Shown piece by piece: positions 36,400 to 47,066 of a DNA stretch of 64,000 nucleotides (positions are counted from its first letter, which is position 1; each line of letters starts with the position of its first letter). A model generated the notes under the pieces. That model had not been told where the DNA came from. It did no database searches and saw nothing but the letters and a program-made list of their open reading frames with translations. The stretch comes from Takakia lepidozioides (taxonomy: Eukaryota > Plantae > Bryophyta). The stretch covers positions 21,080,001-21,144,000 of the forward strand of contig CM060732.1 in the NCBI GenBank assembly GCA_030704615.1, written 5' to 3'. The translations under genes and the position numbers were made by a program.

Positions 36400-39266
36400 T
36401 GGCTAGTAAAACCAATGCCCAATCATTAGGAGCAAATTCGTTGACAGGTTGTTGAGATGAAGTTGGTGGCCATGTGTCACTCTTTGCGCAAGCAATCGAA
36501 ATTCTTGATGATGCAGATGGCTGTCACAGGAGGCATGTCAAGAAGCCAAATGGCCAGCTTCTCAGTGTTGTAGCCAACAGATAGTTCCTATTGCTACGCC
36601 TTCAAACCATTCAGTACGGTGTGTGTCAAACACATACCCAGCCTCCTTCATCCACACAGACAACCTATTGAGCTCCACGGATTTCCTCACTTTGCAGAAA
36701 CAGTTTGCGATGTCCAATGAATGGAAACACCCGGTTCTCCATCTTTTATGCAGCCACTCTATCTCCAGCTTCTGACACCCCTGCCCTTGTCGGTCATTCT
36801 ACAGAATGCTACCTGCTGCCCATTCTGCTACTGCAACATTGCCATGGATTCGGCAGGCACCAAGCAAGGCCTTCCAGATGCCTGTATCTGGCATGATTTG
36901 CATTTTGTTGATGAGACCCATCCAATCGCCCTGCACGACCAAGAAGGTCCACCATGCAGCCAAATGCTCCACCGCAGGTATGAGATCATGATCTCGACTC
37001 ATGGAATCAAAGTAGTGATGGCCTTCATCCACAAGGCCCACATGGCTACATGCAGAGAGGAGAGACATGAAAGTGATACTGTTTGGCTTCGAACCTTCCT
37101 TCTGCATTTGTTCGAAAAGTTGCAGGGCCTCCCTACCAAACCCATGTTGAGCATATCCTGTGATCACGGCATTCCATGAGACTACATTTTTTTGAGCCAT
37201 ACTGTCAAACACTTGACGTGCATCATTCATGCTCCCACACTAGGTGTACATGTCAGCAAGTGAAGTCTCCAAGATGATATCAAGCACACTACTATCTTTG
37301 CTAGTGTCAGCATGGACCTGCTTGCCCTTTTCCAGGGCTCCTAAACTGGCACACACATTAAGAACGCAAATGAATGTGACCCTGTTGGGGGTCACCCTTC
37401 TCGTTGCATTTGCTCATACATCTCGAAAACCTCCCTACCGAACCCATGCTGGGCATATCCTGTTATCATGGCAGTCCATGAGATCACATCTTGCTGGGCC
37501 ATAGTATCAAACACTTGACGTGCATCCTTCATGCTCCCGCATTTGGCATACATGTCGACGAGGGCAGTTTCCAAAGTCAGATGTGGTATGATTCCTACAT
37601 TTATGAAGTATGGACCTCTTTGCCCTTTTCCAAAGCTCCTAGGGTGCCACATGTATCGAGAATGCAAATAAATGTCACTCTGTTAGGCACCACCCCCTCC
37701 TGTTGCATCTGCTCATACAGCTGGAAAGCTTCTTTACCACACCCATGCTGATTATATCCGGTGATCATGCCATTCCATGAGACCACATCTCGCACTGCCA
37801 TTCTATCAAACATTTGACGTGCTTCCTTTATGACATTCTCCAAATTTATGTATGATACAATTCCAGATTTCATTATCTTACCATGGACCTCTCTGCCCTT
37901 TTCCACGGCTCGTAAGCTTGCACACACATTGAGAATGCAAGTGAATGTGACATTATTGGGGGGCACCCTGTCCCGTTGCATCTGCTCATACATCTCAAAA
38001 GCCTCCTTACCACACCCATGCTGAGTATATCCTCCAATCATGGCATTCCATGAAACCACGTCTCTTTTAGACATTATTGAACACTTTACGTGCATCCTCT
38101 ATGCTCCCACATTTGGCATACATGTCGACCAGGGTATTCTCTAAATTAGTGTATGACGCAATTCCAGCTTTGATGATGTCAACATGGACCTCTTTGCCCT
38201 TCTCCAAGGCTCGTAATCTGGCACAAGCCTTGAGCATGCAAATAAAAGTGACACTATCAGGACACTCCTTCCTGCTGCATTTGTTCAAAGATTTTGAATA
38301 CTTCCCCACACTCATGCACAACATATCCTGCGATTATGGCGTTCCATGAGACCACATTTCGTTTCGTCATTTTGTCAACACTTGACAGGCATCCCTTATG
38401 CTCCCACATTTGGCATACATGTCAACGAGGGTAGTCTCCAGATATATATCTAGTATAATCCCACTCTTGATAATGTCAGCATGGACCTGCTTGCCCTTGT
38501 CAAGCGCTCCTAGGCTGGCGCAGGCATTGAGAATGGAAATGAAAATGATATTGACTGGCTTTGACCCTTCCGATTGCATTTGCTCACCATGGTCACCGGC
38601 CAAGTGGAATGACTACATGACTGGATAGAGAATGGGTTGACCCCATCTGTGGGAAGCCGAGGCGGACATGTCGTGGGTTGTCCAAGAGAAAATGCCACAT
38701 CTCTTTAGTATGCCTCCATGCTTATGAATCTTGTGGCCCGCACAGATTGTGAAAGCCTGTTCAGCATGCCCATGCTTTGCATATCCTGCCACCAGTGCAG
38801 CCCATGTAAATGTATCTCGTTCAGGCATTTTGTCAAACACTTGACTTGCATCCACTTGACTTGCATCCACCATGCTCCCACATTTCCCATACATGTTGAT
38901 GAGGATGTTCACTAGAAATTTTTTTGGCCTGATTCCACTTTGGATAATGTGGGCATGCACCTGCTTTCCCTGTGCTAGTGCTTTCGTTCTGATGCAGGCC
39001 TGCAAAAGATCAATGTAAGTATTGGAGTCTGCCTGAATGCCGGGTTGGTTCAATATCTTCAATGCCTCTTTCAAGCGTCCCTCTTTACAGAATGTCCTCA
39101 CACTGCCATGACTGTCAGAAGAGTTTTTCTTGACTGCCTCTCTCAGCCCAGTTTCACAAGCATTGGTGATTGTGGAGGTGCTACCCTTGCCATAAACCTG
39201 ATAAGTCAGAATAAATTGTGCTGGATGCAACCCTGCCATCTTCCATGCCTCAGAGCTCATAGTCAT
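36400..39266 (-). pseudogene. PLS-E-DYW PPR pseudogene
   Basis: Many LVDMYAKCG/VVSWNAMI repeats split over frameshifted ORFs; WKALLGACRIHGNV; degenerate MKEAGYV...NTEKLAI...IIKN. Confidence 0.92.
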
Positions 39267-41883
39267 GAACCTGCAAACTAAAACTGAAACTCACATAATA
39301 CATCTCAAAGCTCCTAGAAACTTCCAGCAAAGATCACTTAAAATGATACCCCTCGCATTCTTGACATCAGAACTGTTGACTGACTGGGCTGGACCTTGTA
39401 TGATATCAGCTAATTCTCCTTTCACCCAAGGAAGGTTTAGACCATCTCTGTATCCAAAGGACCTCTTTTGTTCACTTATGACTGAAGTCTGGTGATCTTG
39501 GATTCTCCTGTGAAATCAACAGCGTGCATCTGAGCAGCCATAGGTAAAACCACAACCTCATATAGAAGCTTGAATCACTAAACCTGTACCTTATCAAGTA
39601 ACATGCCACAACTTTGGACAATCCAAGTTCAATGCTCTTAAAGGGCCAACTTCGGACCTCAGAAATTTCTTCTTTGACCATCTGTATCTGTTGCATGGTG
39701 CCCTGGGGCTGTGTATTGAGGTGCCGACAGTGGATCACGGCCACATGTTCCATCTCCATCCACTGTAACCGACTGTGCACTTGCAATATGGAAATTTCCG
39801 GCTGGTTTTCCACACCTAACTCACTCTGGCAGGGTTGAGACCCTGTACAAACTACGCCGTTGAGGATAAATGCATAGACCATAGTCAAAGTTAGCATATA
39901 AGCTGTATGCCCTTTTCCATCCCTCACTGTGAGTCAATTATGGCTTCAGAGGCGCACCTCGATTGGCGGGTAGTCTTGCATGCATCTCTTGGAAGTTTAC
40001 ACGAGGAGAAGGCCTGGTGGGTGTTTCCCAAAGCGGGGTATCTCACAGGGACTATGCCGCATGGAGCTGCCCATCTCTCTCTCTCTCTCTCTCCATGTAG
40101 GGAGACCTGATATATTCAAAGATTTAAGATGTTTCGACAGATACAGATGGAACTGATGGAGGCAAAGCGAGTCAATCACAATCACGTTCCTCTACATCCT
40201 CTGAATTGCCTCCACCGAAATTTCGGCTGGTATGGCCCAAGGACGATTTGGAGTTTGTATTGGTAAACACAATATAGAGCCCCATAAATCTGAACAAAGA
40301 GTATCATGTCCAAACCTTTCATGGAGGCTTTGGAGGCGTCCTAGCTAGCACCTGCCAAGGGTCTCGGACCCTGCATTCCCAACGCGAACGCCGATTTCAG
40401 CTCCACAGCTGGCCTGTTAATCTGCTGCATGATCTGAGAATCCCTCACGTTCACCGGAAGGTCAAACCAATTGTCTCGTCTTCTGCCAGCATTTGGCCAA
40501 TGTCTATTTCCTTCTCCTTTCATTCGTATCTACATCATAAAGCTGTGTTTCTAAATTGCTTGCATCTGTTGTAGAAGATCAGTCATCTTCATCTTCCTCT
40601 GGGGTTGGGCACGGAAGGGCGGAAGGCCGCAGCAGATTAGTCGACTCGGCTGCGGAGCCGAAATGGGATCCGACATCTTCTTGGGATAGCCAAGTCCGCT
40701 TGCAAGATTTGACGCCTCCGGGGAAACCTAAGAAAGGTACAGACTTAAAACTCTGAAGGGTATTTCCCAGGTTCCTGAATTCAGGTGCCAAGTTCTCTTG
40801 GATCCATACCGGCATTAGTGCAGGAAGTGCAAAGTAAGACCATACAATATCTTTAGTTGAACGGGAGTATGATCCACGCTCTCATAGACCGTGCATTACG
40901 CTGGCTTGACAAAGAGCATTGGCAGAGAGGGACACAGACTAAGGGGAGAGAAAGAAAGTAACATCCCCTAAAGCTCAGAGCTCCAAAGAGCGAGAGAGGT
41001 TGCTTAAATGGAAAGGACTGTTCTATTTAACGGGGAATTCGAAGTTGTTCAAAGTCTCAGCCGGCTTCGGTCTGTTTGTAAGTTTAGTGTGAGCACGAGG
41101 AAGAGAAAACTAACCCAAAGTATGCACCAAAGTCATCCAAAGCTACAGTAAGTAGTCCTCAATACAGAGGGAGGCAATCGAAGAGGCAGTATTTGCACGC
41201 AGGTCAAGCAATGAGCCTAGGACATCTTTGGCAGCAGTCCTTCTCAGATCCTTCTCTGTGGTGTGACAGCAGGCTTGAGAAGGTGAGGCTATATCCACAG
41301 TCCAAATAGGACCGGAAACATGGGATGTGACTGAAGCTGGCATGATGATGTTTTCCGGACTGGATTGTATCTCCAGTTTTAATCACAATTTCTCTCTCCG
41401 ACTTGAAAACAAACCAAAAATAACTCTTGCTGTTGCTATCAATTGTTGCTCCTTGTCTGCAGTATATGAAAGGAGGTTATTGAAGGTTGTTCCCTGTCAT
41501 TTTGAAAGGCGCTGTACACTTTTTCGGTTGCCTGTGGGTGCCCCTGGTTGAAGCTGCCCATTTGCTGTTATAACAGAAAAGTTCAAGATCACCAGACTTC
41601 AGACATAAGCACACACAGGAGGTCCTTCAGTTTGAGAGTTGGTCAAACCGTCCTTGGGTAAAAGCAGACCTAGCTGCCATCGCCCAAGGTGGAGCACAAT
41701 CGGAAGCTGCTTCTAAAGGTGATGCACACCATGGAGCTCCAAGCCAAGAATACAACACGTATTGTTTTGGTGATGATTCCAGCATCCCAAAGAGGTAAAC
41801 CTATCCTCGGGGATAAGTTTTTCTTGGCAGTATAGGAGCTTTGGGATCTCATATGTGGGTTTGAGTGTGAAGGTTTTGAAACT

Positions 41884-44055
41884 ATGCTGGGTGGCAGGGA
41901 TGAATCAGGCAGAGTGTTTGGTAGCCCTCAGACATGCAGCCGGCATAGCAACTTCACACTCAGCACTGCTCTTGAAAGTGGATCACGAGAGGGGTTCAAC
42001 AAGAACTCTTCTGGCACTTGTCGGGATGTGTGGATTTGTAAGGCAGGACGACTGAAAGAGGCGCTGCACATTTTGAACCAACGAGATGTTCGGGCAGACT
42101 CCAACGTTTATGTCTGTCTCTTGCAGGAGTGCATCAATATGAAATGCCTACCAGAGGGAAAGCAGGTTCATGCCCACATTATCCAAAGTGGATTCATGCC
42201 GAATATCTTCCTTCTCAACACTCTCATCAACATGTATGCCAAATGTGGGAGCGTGGTGGATGCACGACAAGTGTTTGACAAAATGCCTGAACGAAATCTG
42301 TTTACGTGGACTATAATGATAGCAGGGTATACCAGATGTGGATGTGGTAGGGAGGCTGTTGAGATCTACGAGCAAATGATATGGGAAGGGGAGACACCCG
42401 ACAAAGTAACATTCATTTGCGTTCTAAATGCGTGTGCCAGCCTAGGAGCACTGCAACAGGGCAAAGATGTCCATTGTAGCATCATCAAAGCTGAAATCAT
42501 GCGGGATATAATTTTGGATACGGCCCTTGTTGATCTGTATGCAAAGTGTGGGAGCATGAAGGATGCACGTGAAGTGTTTGATGGTATGCCTAAACGAAGT
42601 GTGGTTTCATGGAGTGCAATGATCGCAGGATATGCTCAGCATGGGTGCGGTATGGAGTCTTTGAAGATGTATGAGCAGATGCAAAGAGAAGGGGTGACGC
42701 CCAACAGGGTCACGTTCGTTTCTGTTGTGAATGCATGTGCAAGCATAGGAGCACTGGAAAAGGGTAAAGAGGTTCATGCTGACATCATCAAAGTTGGAAT
42801 TGCACCATACATAAATTTGGAGACTGCCCTTGCTGACATGTATGCCAAATGTGGGAGTCTGAAGGATGCACGTCAAGTGTTCGACAACATGGCTGAACGA
42901 GATGTGGTCTCATGGAATGCCATGATTTCAGGATATGCTCGGCATGGGTGTGGTAAGGAGGCTTTGAAGATCTATGAGCAAATGCACTTGGAACAAGTGA
43001 AGCCCAACAAGGTCTCATTCATTTGTGCTCTCACTGCTTGTGCCACTTTAGAAGCCCTCGAAAAGGGCAAAGAGATCCATGCTGATATTATCAAAGCTGG
43101 CATTGTATCAGATATCATTTTGGAGACTACCCTGGTTGACATGTACGCCAAATGTGGGAGCGTAAAGGAGGCGTGTCAAGTGTTTGACAGGATGGCTGAA
43201 CGAAATGTGGTCTCATGGAATGCCATGATTGCAGGATATACCAGATGTGGGTGTGGTATGGAGGCTTTCAACATCTATGCACAAATGCAACGGGAAAGGG
43301 TTCCTCCTGACAGGGTCACGTTCATTTCTGCTCTGAATGCATGTGCTAACCTTGGAGCCTTGGAAAAGGGCAGGAAGGTCCATGCTGACATGATCAATGC
43401 TGGAATTTCGTCAAATCTCAATTTGGAGAATACCCTTGTCGATATGTATGCTACCTGCGGGAGCATGAAGGATGCGCGTCAAGTCTTTGACTTTATGTTT
43501 GAAAGAAATGTGGTTTCATGGAATTCTATGATTGCAGGATGTGCCCAACATGGGTCTGGTAGGGAGGCCCTCCAACTATTTGAACAAATGCAACAGGAAG
43601 ACATTATCCCTAACGGTATCACTTTTACATCTCTTCTCTCTGGATGTAGCCATGTGGGTCTAGTGGATGAAGGTTGTCACTACTTTGATGCCATGAGTCG
43701 AGCTCATGCCCTGACTCCCACAGTGGAGCATTTTGGCTGCATGGTGGATCTTCTTGGCCGCGCAGGGCAATTGGATGAGGCAGAGGGATTCATAAACAAA
43801 ATGCCAATTGAACCGGGTGCTTTGGTGTGGAGGGCCTTTGTTGGCGCCTGCAGAATCCATGGCAATGTAGAACAAGCACAACGTGCGGCAGAAAACATCA
43901 TAAAGAAGGATCCAGAACATGCTGCAGCTTATGTGCTGCTATCAAACATATATGCTGCTGCTGGCGGGTGGGATGATCCAGCAAAGGTGAGAAGATTGAT
44001 GGAGGACAGATGTGTCAAAAAAAGAACCAGGGCGCAGTTGCATCGAGGTTTATGA
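41884..44055 (+). CDS. PLS-class PPR protein (about 17 motifs plus E1/E2), 723 aa open frame ending just before the DYW domain
   Basis: Regular P-L-S triplets, P2-L2-S2, E1 (VWRAFVGACRIHGN), E2 (YVLLSNIYAAAG.W). N-terminus may have an upstream exon. Confidence 0.85.
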   Translation: MLGGRDESGRVFGSPQTCSRHSNFTLSTALESGSREGFNKNSSGTCRDVWICKAGRLKEALHILNQRDVRADSNVYVCLLQECINMKCLPEGKQVHAHIIQSGFMPNIFLLNTLINMYAKCGSVVDARQVFDKMPERNLFTWTIMIAGYTRCGCGREAVEIYEQMIWEGETPDKVTFICVLNACASLGALQQGKDVHCSIIKAEIMRDIILDTALVDLYAKCGSMKDAREVFDGMPKRSVVSWSAMIAGYAQHGCGMESLKMYEQMQREGVTPNRVTFVSVVNACASIGALEKGKEVHADIIKVGIAPYINLETALADMYAKCGSLKDARQVFDNMAERDVVSWNAMISGYARHGCGKEALKIYEQMHLEQVKPNKVSFICALTACATLEALEKGKEIHADIIKAGIVSDIILETTLVDMYAKCGSVKEACQVFDRMAERNVVSWNAMIAGYTRCGCGMEAFNIYAQMQRERVPPDRVTFISALNACANLGALEKGRKVHADMINAGISSNLNLENTLVDMYATCGSMKDARQVFDFMFERNVVSWNSMIAGCAQHGSGREALQLFEQMQQEDIIPNGITFTSLLSGCSHVGLVDEGCHYFDAMSRAHALTPTVEHFGCMVDLLGRAGQLDEAEGFINKMPIEPGALVWRAFVGACRIHGNVEQAQRAAENIIKKDPEHAAAYVLLSNIYAAAGGWDDPAKVRRLMEDRCVKKRTRAQLHRGL

Positions 44056-45525
44056 CCAGGTGCATACATTTTTCGTCGAAGACCAGTCGCATCCACAAAT
44101 AGAAGATATTCATGCTGAGCTGACGTGACTGAGTAAATAAATGAAGGAGGCTGGTTACGTGGCAGATACATACTTTGGATTGCATGATGTAGAGGAGGAG
44201 CTCTGAAGCCATGCATTTGAAGGCCCCTCACTCCAGGGTTAACCTCCAACATGTAACCCAAAGTGTCCGCCACAAACAGAAAGAGGAAAGGCGAGAGACC
44301 TGTCGCACCGATCTCTGTAGGGCAAATGGTTTTGACAAATGGCCATTTATAATAACCCTGCTGGAGCTGTTGCGGATAAGGATGTTAACCCACTTGTAGA
44401 ATGAGGGTGGCAGCCCACATTTTAGCATAACCGCCAGAAGAAAATCCCAACCCACTTTGTCGAATGCCTTCTCAAAGTCAAGCAGCCAGAGTGCCAGCGT
44501 CTGATTTGATGCCTTGGCATATGTATCCGCCTCCTGGGCCAGAAGGACGTTATCCAAGATATACCTCCCTTTAACAAACCCGGATTGACCTGTTCTAATC
44601 AACGAAGGGAGAATGCTGCCCTTCAGATCAAAGATTCTATGTTTGTTGATGACGCCTTTCTCCTGCTTCAAGCTGAGCCAGCGGCCCTGCAAGCAGCCCA
44701 ATGCACGATTGACACCTTCTGCAAGGTATCGGGTTTCAAAGTGAATTGGTCGAAAACCAAGGCTCTTCAGGTGGGGGATATTTCAAAGTCTGGTTTGGGG
44801 GTCTCCCCCGTATTGGGGGCAAACTTGGGTTTGATCTGGCTCAAGGATGGAGAGTCCACCACCCTCTTGGGCCATGTCTTCGGGATTAATCTCTCGGAAG
44901 ACGAACGTCTGGGGCCCACTATAGCCAGGCTGAAGGGCCTTTTGGGGCTCTCGGTTCCTCTCCATTACTGGGAGGGCTCTGGTGGCTAACCAGATCTTTT
45001 TGGCCGGTATTTGGTATTTCGCCTCTACTTGGAGTCCCAGCTCTAAACATATCCACGAAATCAAAAAGTGTATTAGGAACTTTATTTGGGGGGCCCATTC
45101 ATTGGACTCTAACAAACGCCCCCAAGTTTCTTGGATTCAAATCATAATGCCCAAGAAAATGGGTGGCCTCGGTGTCTTGGATCCTGAAACCCAGATCAAA
45201 GCCCTGTTGGGAAAATGGCTCCCTAGATTCCTGAGCCCAGAAGGAGGTTGGTGGAAAGTTCAGGGGTGAACTGAGGGAAATAGAATCTGTCAAAAAGGAA
45301 CTTTCGCTTTGGAACCACAGTGAGAAGCTGGCCATTGCTTTTGGGCTCATTAGCACTCCCCGTGGGACACCTATCCGTATCATCAAGAACCTTTGGATGT
45401 GTGGCGACTGCCACACAGCCGCCAAGTTCATCTCAAAGATTGCTGGACGAGCAGTTTTTGTACGGGATGCCAACCGCTTTCACCACTTCCACGATGGGGT
45501 TTGTACTTGGGGAGATTACTGGTGA
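44024..45525 (+). pseudogene. Broken DYW deaminase domain of the PPR gene
   Basis: EPGRSCIEV...SHPQ...T*LSK*MKEAGY...LHDVEEE [insertion] [17 protein letters not shown]...CGDCH...[17 protein letters not shown]. Confidence 0.93.
44202..45292. mobile_element. L1-type LINE RT fragment with inverted 5' part, inserted in the DYW domain
   Basis: 44202-~44620 minus: QSGFVKGRYILDN, LDFEKAFD, SVRQ. ~44621-45292 plus: MFVDD, SGFKVNWSKT, PKKMGGLG. Confidence 0.9.
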
Positions 45526-47066
45526 AACAAGCAATATGCATGAAAGAAAGTGTGTTGCTTCATACTTGAGGGTAGAAAGGTTATTATTATCTTCCAAACG
45601 AAGCAGCGATTGGGGACTGGATTTGTAGTCAGATGGTAGGAAATTGTAAAATCACCTGCAATTTCCTACCATGCAGGTTCATATGCACGAATAGTTTAGA
45701 CAAGCAAAGACTACAGTTGAATGAGCAGGCTTGTCTCGTTGAATGCATCAGTGAGTACTGCAATTTCTGTGCACTGCTAGATGCACAAAAGTCATGAAAA
45801 CCTGAAAACCTTACAACTGATGAGTGGTCGCAGGATTGCAGGAACGAAGTGCATGAAGAAAATCCTGAAGTTCCAAGGGAAGGAAGTGCCCCAAAGTTGG
45901 ATAAAAGGATATCGATTATTGGGAGATTGGGTACTCGCTCTGCAGTGACTGCACTGCAGTATCTTGATACACGGTCTTTGACCTGACTCACCAAAACAAT
46001 AGCTGTTGAAACCTAGTGTTTCAGTATACTCGAGGGCTATTTTCGGTATTTCAGTACAAGCACACCACTAGCCACAACTACCTGCTGATTTGAAGGTCTC
46101 ATTTCCCTCTCTTGAGTCTTGACATAGTGATCAACAGTATATGAGCCTCATGCAAATCCAAAAAGCCTCACCTTAATGCGAACACATGTATTCTAGCTCT
46201 TTGCACCCAAAGTCTTGAGGAAGGTGGACTTGTGCCTAGATGAAGTGAAATACTGGTTTCACTTCATCCCCCAAAGGTTATTGCTGTCCACCCTTTCGAT
46301 AGCCCTAATAGGGGCAATGCGGTCGCCCAAACCTCTCCAGGGACATGAAAGCCTCGCGGTCTTAACACAATAGGTGTTCAGTTGATCCAATGACCCCTTT
46401 TTAATAACTGGGTTGGCCATATGGGTGACATCCAGTATACACCGCCCTGGCAAACACAAGATCATTTGTAAGGGAGAGGTAGATCCTAGCAGTTGGGTTA
46501 TGTATTGGATGCTTAGGCTTGAGATCTATTCTGTAGAACGGTGGTTGTTCTTTGCATCAATATATATGAGATAGAATTAAGCTCTGAAATCAATTCGGGT
46601 ACAGGCAGCATTAATATCCACTCCATCTCTTGTTTTTGAAAAGAAAACTTCCATGAATGGGTAGAGCTCATCATGGATCTTCATGAACGTATTTTGGTGA
46701 TCCAGCGTCCCAAGAGAAGCAACTCTGGTCACATGCTCTCATGTTGTATGGATTTTCAACCAACACGGGCTGTTTTTGTCATGGTCAGTCCTTCGGTTCT
46801 GGCATCTGAAAAGGTTATCAAACTTTCAGGTAGTGAGCTTCATTGAACTTTTCTGCTGGGTTAATAGGCGCTCTTCAAGAGTTCAAATTTTCGTCTGGAA
46901 TTGTTAGATGTGTTGATTCTCATACTGGGAGTAAAGCAGAGTACATTCGTGGGATCGGAGAGGCGTGAGACAAGTGTTTCAAATCTGATCAGTCAACAAC
47001 ATCAATATTTTAGAATTCCTCTGATTTTTTAAGTCTCTCAAACATGTTGAGTTAATCTACGAGATC

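Noticed and set aside
44126-44140. TGA/TAA stops in the DYW domain as reverse (U-to-C) editing sites
   Set aside because: Nuclear gene; C-to-T decay is sufficient and other lesions co-occur.
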